DNA of 64,000 nucleotides from Mobula birostris (Eukaryota), in NCBI RefSeq assembly GCF_030028105.1, contig NC_092384.1, positions 34,913,553-34,977,552 on the forward strand. Reading direction: 5' to 3'. Both the position numbers and the translations under genes were made by a program. This document shows positions 47,353 through 60,350 of this stretch, piece after piece (position 1 is the first letter of the stretch; the number at the start of each line of letters is the position of its first letter). The notes under the pieces are model-generated. The model was given only the letters and a program-made list of their open reading frames with translations. It was not told where the DNA came from and ran no database searches.

Positions 47353-50300
47353 TCATGTGCTGGATGCACTGTATCCATATTGTACATCTCTAACAAGCTG
47401 AGAAATCGGATTGCATTCCTGCAGCTTTTTAGGAGTTGTATCATTCAGTTTGGATTTTTTTTTCTGGAATAGATTGTGCCAGTGATCACTTCCAGATGAA
47501 ATTGCATCAGATGTGAAATTGGTCCAGGAGTTTCCATACATTATTCTCATTGTATACCAACCTTTTCCCAGTGACAAGCAGATAACAAATGATGTGTTTA
47601 TTTGCATGGTGTTCATTTCCACCAGTACTGATGAACATTGTGATGCAGTTTTCTGTAAAACCATAAGTACAACGTTTATTTATTCTTGTTATTAGATGAG
47701 ACATTTTTCTATCCTTTAAAATCTTCAGAATTGACTGCAAACATTCAGAAATATTCCAAAGCTCACACAGCGTACAAAGAGCAAGAGTTAACTACTGACA
47801 TAGTTATCTAGCGAGAATATTTATGGTGGTTGGGGACCCTGGGCCAGGAGGCAATGATAGGCCAATTGCAAAAGAGCCTACTTCTGCAGTCATCGTATCC
47901 CACCTGGGCTCTTCAGAGGACCAGCGTATTTATGTGTCTGTGCCACGCGGTCATTCTTGTTTGTAATGAGGCCATTAGCGACAATAGGAAATTGCCCATT
48001 AATGACAATGCTCCATTATTAATCTCTCAGTTTCAGGATATTGTCAATCAACAGAAGAACTTTCTTGTGGTATATAATCTGTCACCAGGAAATCCATGTT
48101 TCCTTCATTCTGGGAGAGACCACATTGCCAGATGTTACCAATGATTTGTACAGCTTGAAGAGAGGAAAAAGGCCTATCTTCCCATTCTCCAGTTAATTAG
48201 GACAGTGTACTCTGCAGCCACAGAAGCAGAAGGCAGTATATTGATACTAGGATGGTGGTGAACTATGCAGTAGGTCCCATGAAGATGAGATACCATTTTC
48301 TGAATCAGTTCAAGAATGAGAAAGCCATTTGGCCTGGAAGCAGGCCTTTTGGACATCCAAATCCACACTGACCACTTGCCACTCATCTTTATTAATCCTA
48401 TTTTCCTCCACTTGGCCCCAAACCATCCGTGCCTCAGTGATTGAAGAACTTGTGGTAGATGCTGCTTAAAGGTTATCAGCACTTCTGTTTCCACAACTAT
48501 CTCTGGCTGTACACTCCAGTTAGTCATCACTTGCTGAGTGACAAATGTCCATTTCAGGCCCCCTCTGAATTTCTTGATGGCTGATAATTATTTTACAGCC
48601 CTGAGTTTGTGAAATACTTACTTGTCACCTCAGAAATGTCACTTCCATTTTATCACATTCAGGTGCATTTAACGGAAATAGTTCTGGGTGTATCACTTTT
48701 CAGGAAGACCGGTGAATGGGTTTTACCTACATGACAACTTTGCTATTAATATTTATTAAAATTGTGGGAACAATTCCAAAGTCTTTGAAACCAGAGTTAC
48801 TTACCTGTCATGCTGATTTGTGAATCGTTAACAGTCCAACCACAGTAATACAATGAATAGGGCAGATAGTTAACTCTAAATAACACATGTTATTTTGTGG
48901 CCTACTACTTCCTCAGTTAGTGTCTGTCATTTGTCTCTGTCTCGGCTTGGATAACTTGTCCTGCATCCCCTTCAGCTTGCAACTTGCAAGTGTATTTTAA
49001 AGTCTTGTTTTTCCTACAGCCATACATGTTATAAAACGTAGTTGATTTGTAAGTGTGAAGGCAGAAATCCTGCCATTAGAGTGCAGCCCCCCAACCTCTT
49101 TAATGTCAGTTCTGCTACCAGCACAGAAATCTGATGATCAATAATTTTCCCTTAATAATTGATGCATGCAGCAAGACAGATCAGTGAAAAGCACATAAGA
49201 GATTAAAAGCCAACAGAAGGTATTTATATATTTACCTTCAAGCATTTTAGAATGCTACCAAGACTCTGTTCCCAATATAGTTCTCTATATTGTGTGCAAG
49301 GGTGGTTTATAGAATGAAGGAATACTTCACATCATGGAGCATGTCTTCAAATGTCTTTATCTGATATGATTAACTTTATTGATTTCATGCAGTCAACAAA
49401 TCATATTTCATCTACCATCTTTGCTATTTTGTTATTTTTATATTTTTGTTTTTGGGTATTTTGGTTTTGAGCCCAATAGATATGGACTTTAGAAATGGGT
49501 AAATTCTACAGGAGAAGCATCCATCAAATCCTATAAATGTTGTATATGTCCAGTCTGCTTCATTTTTTCAAAGCTTCTAAAGTTAACCTTTAATGGAAAT
49601 GCAAAAGAGGGCCTTTGGAAATTTGGGAGGTCTTGCTGTGATGATGTTGTTAAGGTCTAACTGCAACTTTAACCTGAGTCCTGCCTGGGAAAGCCAGTGT
49701 GACCTTTCAGTCAGTCCATCACCACAGAAAATGGAATTAGGACCACCAGGAATTTATTAACATTTGGGTAACTCAGTGCCCTCAAGCCCCCATAAGCAAA
49801 GTTAACATTTTGTTATCCTTATCAAATCACACTTTCCTTTTCCCCCAAAATCCCCTCCTGTCAAGCTGGGACTTACTCTCCCTTCTTTTTTTAAATTTAT
49901 TTTTTGCTCAGCATAACAAAACTTTCAATTTACAGATACATTTACATTTCTTCCCTCACAGATATCAGCTATCGGAACACTTCTATCAAAATATAGACAT
50001 CACCCCAACATCCTGTACAAAAGCACTTATTAGTATAGCAGACAGGTTTACATCTACATACTGCAGAAAAGGTTGCCATGTTTTATGAAAACTATTTGTT
50101 TTTGAGTGTACCATACATGTCAAAAAGTCCAAAGGAATGTACTCCATGATTAAATTACGCCAACCAAAAAGTCCAGGTGCCTTATCAGATATCCAACAAA
50201 GTAAAATGTTCTTCCTCGCACAAAAAGTCAGGGTGTTAAAAAGATTTTTCTGATGTGCCTTAATAATACGACTGCTGGGTAAGCCTAAGGGAAAAGACAC

Positions 50301-53031
50301 TGGGTCCAGTTCAAGCTCCATCTTCAGAATCTTTTCTATTTCACCCAAAATATCACTCCAGTATGCCTGAGTCTTGGGACAAGTCTAAAAACAGCAGGTG
50401 AAGGTTCCAGTATTTACTCTACATTTAGAACACATTGGTGAAACCCCCGTCTTAAATTTCAAGAGACAATTTGGGATCAGATGGGCTCTATGCAGAATTT
50501 TGAGTTGCAGTGCTTTAGTTCTATTAAAAACTGAATTTTTCTTTGCATTATCACAGATGTTTTCCCATGTTTCAGCTGTAATTTCTACTCCCAGCTCTTC
50601 CTCCCAGACCTTTCCCAGCTGTTCAGCCTCTCCACAAGAACATTCCCTCAGGATGCTGTAAAAAGTACTGATGGAGACTTCACACTTCGAACAAAACACC
50701 CTCTTTTCTATGTCAGAACTATAGAAATCAGTTAACAATGATGTTTATTTCTGTCTCTTATCTGAAAGAAACGAAAAAGATCTTTGTTGGGTATGTTAAA
50801 TTTCTGTACTATTTGACTAAGGGACATCCAAATCCATAGAAATCCAAATTTTAAATCCAGAATCCATTATGTCAGGCTACAAATCTGGACTGCCGGTTAT
50901 TGGAGTGAAGGGTAATAGTTTTGCTGCATTGCCCTCAATTTGTCGCACCACCCTCCAAGCCCTGACTGTATTAATTGTTATTGAATTGTGACAATATTCC
51001 TCAACTAGTTTCATCTTATTGAGGAAAAACAAATTAATAAGAGGGCATTTTGCTTGTGAAGCTTCAATGTCTAGCCAAATTGAGGAGGGGTCCCTGCAAA
51101 CTCAGTCAACCACATAAGATAAGAAGGAACTTAACTGATATTTTTTGATGTCTGGAAAATCCAGACCCCCTAGATTACTGGGAAGCTGTAACTTAGATAT
51201 TTTAATACAGGGTCTTTTTTGGTCCAGATGAAAGAAACAACCTAGCCACTTATTTTTTTTTAGTATTTGTTGGGTGAAAATGATTGGAATGATTCATATT
51301 GGGTAGAGCAGACGAGGAAGAATGTTCATTTTGAGCAAGGATATTTGGCCAAACCAAGAAATGGGAAGAGTGCTCCATCGCTCAAGATCCTCTTTGATTT
51401 TGTCAAATAACTGTGTAAACGCTTTGAACAATTGATCAAATGTAGGTGTGGTAAATATGCCTAAGTAAACAAAACCTGTCTGCGACCATTTAAAGGGGTA
51501 AACACCCTGAATGTCAGGTACCTGCTTCAGATTCACCAGAGGCATAGCCTCTGATTTAGTAAAGTTGATCTTATAACCTGAAAAGGCGCTAAATGAATTG
51601 ATGCATTGTATAAGGTGGTGCACTGATATAGCAGGGTTTGATAAAAAAAAATAGAACATCATCCGCATACAATTTAATTTTATGTGACTTTAGTCCTATG
51701 TCTGGAGCAGATATTTTGGGGTCTTGCGGAATAGCCACAACCAATGCCTCGATCACTTGTGTGAAAAGTAGTGGTGATAAAGGGCAGCCCTGCCGGCTGC
51801 CTCTCAGAATACTAAAATTATCTGACCTAATACCATTAGTGAGAATTGCAGCCAAAGGGTCATGATAAAGAACCTTCACCCACTAATAAAACTATTGCCC
51901 AAACCAAATCGTTCTAAAGTGAAAAAAACGTATGGTCATTCGACACGATCAAAGGCCTTTTCTGCATTAAGGAAACCACCAAGCCATCCACTGCCTGTTG
52001 CTGATATGCCTGAATCACATTAAGTAATCTTCTGATATTGTCAGATGATCTACGGCCTTTTACAAAACCTGTTTGATCCTCTTTTATGATAAAAGGTAAC
52101 ACAGTTTCTAATCGCAATGCTAGAGTTTTAGATAAGATTTTAAAGTCAACATTTAACAATGAAATAGGCTTGTAGGAGGCACAATCTTCAGGGCTCTTGC
52201 TTTTCTTAAGAGTTAGGGAGATATTAGCTTCTCTCAATGATGGTGGGAGGAGACCACAATTAAATGCACGATTGAACATGTTTAGCATAGACCCTGATAA
52301 TAACCCTGTGAACTCTTTATAGAATTCACTAGTGAGTCCATCAGGACCAGGGGCCTTCCCACTTTGGAGCTGTCTCACAGCTTCCTGTATCTCATGTACA
52401 GTATAGATAACGGAGCATTGAGGAGGGACTCTTGTTCAGAAGAAATGCCTAGGAGATCTAAATTCCTGAAAAAGGACTCCATTCTAGATTGTCCATCATT
52501 ACATTGCTTAGATTGATACAATTTAGAATAAAAATTCTTAACCACAACTTTAATCATTTTAGAATTACTAGTGAGGGCTGCTGTCCCATCCCTGATTGAA
52601 GCAATAGTCTGAGAGGCATTTTTCTTTCTGGCTAAATAAGCCAAATACCTACCTGGTTTCTCAATGATTAAACAATCGTTGTTTAGCAAATGTCAATTTT
52701 CTTTTGGCTGCTTGTGTAAGTAAAGAGTTTAGTGTACAGCGTAAGGCAGTGATATTCTGTAACTTGGCTACAGAAGGCTTATTGATGTAATCCTTTTCAG
52801 CTGCCGCAAGCCTTGCTTCCACTAGGCGCTGCTGTTCTGCAGCTTGTCGCTTCTTACTAGCAGAGTAGGAGATAATTAATCCCCTTGCATAGGCCTTAGC
52901 GGTTTCCCAGAGCATCGATAGACTACTAGCTGATTTGGAATTAACAGATAGGAAAGTTTTGAATTTGGAAGTAAAGTAGTCTATAAATTTATTATCTTTT
53001 AAAATAAAAGGATTCAGCCTCCAATGTCTAG

Positions 53032-54291
53032 CCCCATCAATTTGCCTATCGCACCAAGAGGTCAACAGAGGACACCATCTCCACGGCACTTCACTCTGCC
53101 CTGACCCACCTGGACAGCCCCAACTCTTACGTCACAATGCTGTTCATTGACTTTAGTTTGGCATTCAATACTGCGATCCCCTCCAAGCTGATCGCCAGAC
53201 TTCGCCAGCTTGGTATCAGCTCATCCCTCTGCAATTGGACCTTGGACTTTCTGACTAACAGAACCCAATCAGTTAAGTTAGACAACCTCTCCTCCTCCAC
53301 TCTCACCCTGAACATTAGTATGCCTCAAGGCCGTGAGCTGAGCCCTCTCCTGTACTCCCTTTTCACCTATCACTGCGTTCCTGTACATGGTTCTAACTCC
53401 ATAATCAAGTTTGCAGACGTCACCGAGGTGGTTGACCTGATCAGAGGGGATGACGAGACGGCCTACAGGGACGAGGTCCAGCACCTGGCCGCGTCGTGTG
53501 CAGACAACAACCTGGCTGTTAACACCCAGAAGACCAAGGAGACCATTGTGGACTTCAGGCATGCTAGGAGCCACATTCACATCCCCATCTACATCAACGG
53601 AGCTGTAGTGGAGCGTGTATCAAGCTTCAAACTCCTTGGTGTCCACATTTCCGAGGATCTCACCTGGTTCCTGAACTCCTCCATCCTGATCAAAAAGGTG
53701 CAACGGCGCCTTTATTCCCTGCGGAGCATCAAGAAAGCTCACAAAGTCCCAGAATACTGACGGACTTTTACCTCTGTACCACTGAGAGCATACTCACCAA
53801 CTGCATCTCAGTGTGGTATGGCAATTGTCCTGTATCGGACCGCAAAGCACTCCAGCGTGTGGGAAAAACTGCCCAGTGGATTATATGCACCCAATTGACC
53901 ACCATTGAGAATATCTACCAAAAGCGCTGCCTGGGCAGGGCAAAAAGCATTATCAAGGATGCATCTCACCCTAAGCACGGACTTTTTACTCTCCTCCCAT
54001 CCAGTAGGCGCTACAGGAGTCTCCGTTCCCACACCAACAGGCACAGGAAGAGCTTCTTCCCTGAGGCTGTGACCCTGCTGAACCTCACATCACAGCACTA
54101 AGAAGTATTGCATCCATATTGTACTGTCTCAGTACCTTTATATTTGTGTGATGTAGCACATACATTTTATTCACAGTTATTTTGTAAATAACACTATTCT
54201 TTGCATTTCTGGTCAGAAGTTAACTGTATTTCATTGGCTTTGTATCTGTACTCGGCACAATGACAATAAAGTTTAATCTAATCTAATATAA
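53032..54291 (+). mobile_element. Rex1/Babar LINE nested in L1 ORF2
   Basis: ORFs 53137-53760 ([11 protein letters not shown]...IKFADVT) and 53811-54101; (aatct)n tail; short TSD tctag (53027-53031 and 54292-54296). Confidence 0.92.
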
Positions 54292-54912
54292 TCTAGATCA
54301 TGCTGAATTATCTTTGGGCTTAATACTTAAATATACTGCTGCATTGTCAGAAATAGTGACTTTTCCAATTGTGCAGGATACAACTAAATCTAGGAGCGAT
54401 TTGGGGGTTAGAAAAAAGTCTATTCTGGTGTAACACTTGTGTGGATTAGAAAAAAGTATGAAGTCTTTGTCTGAGGTATGTAACAATCTCTAGACATCCA
54501 CAAGTCCTAGTTCTCCACATAAGCCCTTTGTTTGGACTGTGAGGAGAGCAATGGGGGACCACTAGGCACTCTGTGCATCAGTGGGTCCATGACACAATTA
54601 AAATCCCCACCTACAATAATGTTTTGTATTGAAAAGCTTGTGAGTTTGGAAAAAGCATCTATTAGGAATTTGAGAGGATGAGCTGGAGGGCAGTAAGCAT
54701 TGAGAATACCATATTCCTCTCCATATATTGAAGTCTTAACAACCACAAATCTCCCATACTTATCCTTAATGTAGTCTAATAACTTAAAAGGTAGGTTCTT
54801 CCTAACTAAAATGGCCACCCCCCTACTCCTGGTATTAAAAAATGAAAAATAGACTTGATCAAATCCACTCTGTTGCAGTCTTAGATGTTCTTTATCATTT
54901 AAATGTGTCTCT

Positions 54913-54995
54913 GAAGGTTTTGAAAAGAATAATGAGGCACCTCATGGTTTATAGGACTGAAACAAAATAGCTGTAGTTCCTAAATCTTTATTAAA
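54913..54995. other. 83-bp insertion of unknown origin with 12-bp TSD inside the L1 endonuclease
   Basis: aaatgtgtctct at 54901-54912 and 54996-55007; removal restores LLQETHLNDKEHL. Confidence 0.8.
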
Positions 54996-55565
54996 AAATG
55001 TGTCTCTTGCAATAAGACTATGTCCACCCTTTCCTTTTTCAGGTTTAGCGGGATTTTCCTTCTCTTGATTGGTGAATGACTCCCCTTAATGTTTCAAGTG
55101 CACAATTTTAATATATTACTGGTCATAACCCTTTATAACAATTATTTGACTCCGGAGGAGAAGAAACCCGACTTAAGATCAGCTGTATAGCAATAAGTGA
55201 ATAAAAAAAATACAAAAAAAAACAAAGCGCCAACAGTGCTGAGCAAGAGGACTTACCCCACACTTAAAGGGGATATCTGAACCTTCTAGCACCCCATATT
55301 CTGCCCCACTGCCAATATGGCATTTAACATCGTCAGAAATAAAAACGACATAATTTATCAATCCACCAATTTGTTACCGTCATGTTTAAGCTCCTTCAGG
55401 CTGGAGCAGCACTGCTAATTTAAACAAATAATGAAACTACATTAATCAAAACAAATATGCTACCCATCCTATAGATATCTTGCCGTCAAGTAATGAAAAG
55501 GTAAAATAAAGCGACCATCGAGCATGTTATCGCCCATAACTAGGGCAACACAATACGTACATTCT

Positions 55566-56448
55566 TTAGCCCAACGTGTCTACAAAAGTTTTAGCTTTGC
55601 CAGGAGAATCAAATATCTTCGTGGTCCCGTTGTAGGTGATTTTCAGGGCCGCTGGGTACAGCATAAAGTACTGGATTCCGGATTCCCTCAGCCACTTCTT
55701 TACCTGGTCAAATTCCTTGTGCTTCCGAATAACGGCTGCTGAAAAAATCTTGAAAAAACATAAGCCTGGATCCCTCATATTTAAAAGCCTGGGCATCAGT
55801 CCCACAGTGTCTTGAAGCCTCCATCACTCTTTGCTTATCACCGAAATGATGGAACTGCACGAGGATAGGTCAATTGTGTTTGTCTAGGCCCGTTTTTGGA
55901 GCCAGCATACGACGAGCTCTTTCCACGTTAATGCATCCAGCCTTGGTTTCCAAATCAAGGAAACTAGGCAGCCAGCCCTCAAAAAACTTTGCTGGCTGGC
56001 TGCCTTCTGTACCTTCAGGTAGACTGATAATCTGTATATTCTTCCTCCTACCTCTGTTCTCAAGGTCATCGATATGGTCAGACAGGCTTTGAACTTGCTT
56101 TTCCAGCGCCCGGATGCAGCTCTGGGCTTGATCAGCTACAGTCTCTACCACGGAGACTCGGCTCTTGGCTTCGGTTGTTCTTGTATCAAGATTTTTAAGC
56201 TTCAATGTGTGGTTCCGGAATGTTAGAGAGAGTGGACCCAGCTTCTCATCCATCATTTTGGATACGTTCTCCGTAACTTCCTGAATTACTTGACAAAAAG
56301 CAGGGTCCAATGTGATAGCATAGCTAGCAGTAGCTAGCTCCTCAGCCCCTGGAGAGCGCTCTGTGTGGTCCATCTTGGCTGCTATTTTAGTACTTTTTGA
56401 TGGCATGGTGTTGAAGCAGCTCAAAAAGAAGTACTCATCAATGGTCAT
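55566..56448 (-). pseudogene. L1 ORF1 (coiled coil, RRM, CTD), fragmented
   Basis: DDLENRGRRKNIQIISLPEGTEG, VERARR, YFMLYPAALKI. Confidence 0.9.
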
Positions 56449-57789
56449 GTCATTAAATCCGACACTTGGGCATTTTTTAAAAAAGTTGAAACGGATAGGT
56501 TTATATGCGAAATTATCAGTGTTGCGGTGCTGAGCTCAGCAAAGCAGACTTTTCACTGCGCCGCCATCTTGAAAAAACCCCTACTCTCCCTTCTTAACTT
56601 CTGACCACAGACTCCCTCGTCTCTCTCCCGTTATAAGGAGGCATTCTCTCCTTCAGAGACTGATCAGCGTTTTTGTTGCTGTTTCTGGTCGTGTTACACG
56701 TAAGACAGGGAGTATCATTTCGATGGCTATAACTTTGTTATTCTGATGAACCTTTTCTAGTTGAACAGCAGACTGTGAGTATTGGGTTTGCAGAATAGTG
56801 ATTGAGTGAGGTTTTATTTATGATTACAAATATCTGGTAGGAGTCCTGATTGTTGGTAGCTGAGTTATGTTGGTGTGATGCATCAGCAGATTTTCCTGTA
56901 AAGTTTTGCACTTGCAGCCTTTCTGTTTTGCTTCTGTCCATGGTCTCCTGTTAAGGGTCAATGCAAGATTTGTTTATATAAATAGATAGATTAATTATTT
57001 GAACAGGAATCAGAAATGTACAGACGATATCAATAGAAGGTACAGGTTCACGAATGTACAATCAATGAACAAACAATCTTTAAAAACTCACTAAGTGCTT
57101 TTGACTGTTCGGAGTCTGTATTTTATATTTCTCCATGATAAATAGCACAGAACAGTCACTCAAAGGAATGTACTGCATCAGTTCCCATAACGCATTTCAC
57201 CCAAGTTTTCAATTTCACCTATCAAAGCGCTTTCCATGGGCGCATCTATTTCATAAATCAAGCAATGTGCTGATTAGATTTCAAGGACTGCCGCAGAGGA
57301 GTGTATTCTGCTAAGTAGTTAGCATAGTGTCCAAAGTAATTTCATAAAAATGCATCATTTCTGAATGGGAATCATCAGGGAGCTTAGGTCACAGAGATAT
57401 GAGATCATATAGAACTACACAGAATATTTTCTCCTTTTGAAAAGAACAAAACTACAGCTTTCCTGAGTGGATGATGGAAAAGGTACTCTCAAAATGCTTA
57501 ACTAGTATTTAGACAAGCAATTGAATTGCTAAGGCAGAGATGGCTGTGGACCCATTCCTGGAGTACACTGTAGATTAATAATTGATGCTTGAGATGGCTA
57601 TGATGTTTCTGTGCATATGGTTCTAACTCTGCAGAGGAAAATATCTTCGGAAAATCCAAGTAGAAATTCAGAGCAAACTTCTTTATCCGGAGTGGTGAGA
57701 TCTTAGGGCACTCGGCTACTGGTTAGAATGTGGGTGTCAAATAAATGCAATAGTAACAATGTAATAGAGGGTTATACTGATAGAGATTG

Positions 57790-58440
57790 ACAACAGAACC
57801 TAGCTCAGGTCTTTGGCCCATGATGTTCTGCCGACCTTTTAGCATTTCCAAGATCACTCTAACCCTTCCCTCCCGCATAACCCTCCATTTCATCTAAGAG
57901 TCTCTTAAATGTCCCTAATGTATTTGCCTCTACCACCACCCCCAGCAGTGTGTTCCATGCACTCACCACTCATTGTGTAAAAAAGACTGCCTCTGACACC
58001 CCCCCCCCGTACTTTCCTCCAATAACCTTAAAAGTGTATCCTCTGGTATTAGCCATTGATACCCTGGGGAAAAGGCAGTAGCTGTCCACTCTATTTATCA
58101 TCGTCTACACCTCTATCAAATCGCATCTCATTCTCCTTCGCTCCAAAGAAAAAACCCCTAGGTTGCTCAAGCTTTCCTCATTAGGCAAGTTCTCTAATTT
58201 AGGTAGTATCCTGGTAAATCTTCTCTGCACTCTGTCTCTCTAAAGCTTCCATAACATTCCTATAATGAGGTGATCAGAACTGAATGCCATACTCTAAGTG
58301 TATCGTAACCATAGTTTTATTAAGCTGCAACATTACCTCATGGCTCTTGAACTGAATCCCCCAACTAATGAATGCTAAAACACACATGCTTTCTTAACCA
58401 CTCTACCAACTTGTGCACAACTTTCAGTGATCTACAGATG
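57790..58440 (-). mobile_element. CR1 3' fragment
   Basis: ggtctttggcccatgatgtt 3'UTR and ccagcagtgtgttccatgcactcaccact (reverse complement of RVVSAWNTL). Confidence 0.8.
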
Positions 58441-59284
58441 TGTTAGATGAGGAAGAATGATAGTGGACTATAAGTGCTAGGGTTGGGCTGAATGGCCTCA
58501 ATCTGGAGTCTTTTTTACGTAATTAAAGTAAAAATAAAGCACAAAAGATGGGAATGAAGAGATACTCAGCAAATCTGGCCACATCTGTGGAAAGAGAAAG
58601 AAAGATAACATTTCGACTGAAGTCCTTTTATCAGAACTGGGAGAGTGATAAACCCCAATAGGTATATGATTTTTCATTTTCATTTTTGATTATATTTTGC
58701 ACATAGTGTGCACATAACTGTGATGTTAAATGAGACTGGACCAATCTCTATATTAATATATTAATATTTCTTTATAGAACAAGATATTAATACTTCTATA
58801 TAGCACAGTAATTGACTAAATTAATAATGAAGTGAGATTGAACAGATTTGTGTGTGTTGCTGGGTCTACTTTCCCTTAGGTTTGGAGGTATGAGAGGAGA
58901 TCTCATTGAAAGGTCTGCAATTCTTTTGAGACATGGTGGGATACATTCAGGGATGATATTTACCTTGAGCAACACACACAACTTGACCTGAAATGTTGAT
59001 TGCTTATTTCCTTCCATAGATACTGCAGGACCTGTTGAGTTCTCAAGCATCTTATATGCCTTGGCCAAGTTTTCCAACATCTGCAGAACCTCTTGTGCCT
59101 GTGATGTTTCTCATAGCCTGGGTGTTAGAACTAGGATGACTAATATTAAGTGTTTGCCCACTCAGCAGAGAGAGTAGAATTAATAATAAGCCAGTTTGGA
59201 TTGCTCGTAAAAGAGAGAGGCCAAAACAATCAATACAAATAGGCAAAATAGATTACATTTACTACAACAACTGGACCAGTAAAA

Positions 59285-60350
59285 CAAGTTTAAAGTTCAA
59301 AGTAACTTTATTATCAAAATACATATGTGTCAAAATGAGATTCATTTTCTTGTAGGTATCCTCAATAAATCCAATAGAATCAATGAAGGATCACACTACC
59401 AGGGTGGACAACTAGCGTGCGAAAGTCAACAAACTGTTGAAATACAAAAAGTAAGAAAGAAAAAAAATAATAACCATGATAATTATGTGTCATATGACGT
59501 GGACGAACAATTGTCTTAGAATAATGATTGTTCTTGGTACGTTTTTCTACAGAAGTTGTTTGCCATTGCCTTCTGCTGGGCAGTGTTTTTTTCCAGATGG
59601 GTGATCCCAGCCATTACCAATACTCTTCATATGACCATAAGATATAGGAGCAGAATTAGGCTATTTGGCCCATCGAATCTGCTCCACTATTTCATCATGG
59701 CTGATCCATTTTCCCTCTCAGATCCAATTTCATGCCTTCTCCCCAGTTTCATGTCTTGACCAATCAAGAATCTATCAACAGCTCCTTTAAATATAAATAA
59801 AACTTGGCCTCCATATTTGTAGCAACAAATTCCACAGATTCACCGCTCTCTGGCTAAAGAAATTCCTCCTCAACTCCACTCAAGCAGGACACCCCTATTC
59901 TGAGACGGTGGCTTCTGGTCTTAGACTCTCCCATCATGGAAAACATCCTCTCCACATCCACTCTATCAAGGCCTTTCACCATTCGATAGGTTTCAATTAG
60001 GGTGCCCATCATTCTTCTGAATTCTGGTGAATACAGGCCTAGAGCCATCAAGCACTCTTCATGTGATTGTCTGCCTGGTGTCAGTGATCACATAAAGAGG
60101 ACTTGTGAAATGCACTAGCTGCTCATACATGCATCACCTGCTCCCATGGCTGCAAGTGACCCTGATCGGGGGGGCTAAGCAGATGCTACATCTTGCCCAA
60201 GGGTGAACTGCAGGTTAGTGGAGGGAAGGAGAGCCTTACACCTCCTTTGGTAGAGACATAATTCCACCCTGCCTCCCACAATAATAATAATAATAAATAA
60301 TCAATAAATATTGAGAACATGGGATGGAGTCATTAAAAGTGAGTCCATAT
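59285..60350 (-). mobile_element. Nested cluster: Rex1 tail containing a SINE-like element containing a CR1 3' end (59632-60063)
   Basis: aagttcaaagtaactttattatc Rex1 tail resumes at ~60280; gtttgccattgccttc SINE body; ORF 59854-60051 (LGLYSPEFRRM.G.LIETYRM). Confidence 0.65.

Larger units (their letters stand above)
49986..55130 (-). pseudogene. L1 ORF2 (endonuclease-RT), fragmented
   Basis: LQETHL, GVAILV, VGGDFN, TRIDFF, ISDN(H); GKAPGPDG, YKPISLLNVDFKI, GSRQGCPLSPLLF, LYADD, SGYKINFTKSE; CSKC Cys-rich region. Confidence 0.92.
49888..56581 (-). mobile_element. Full-length L1-clade LINE, decayed, with 14-bp TSD and poly(A)
   Basis: TSD tactctcccttctt at 49874-49887 and 56582-56595; T-run at 49888; 5' end ...caagatggcggcg; ORF1 followed by EN, RT and Cys-rich ORF2 remnants. 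Confidence 0.95.
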
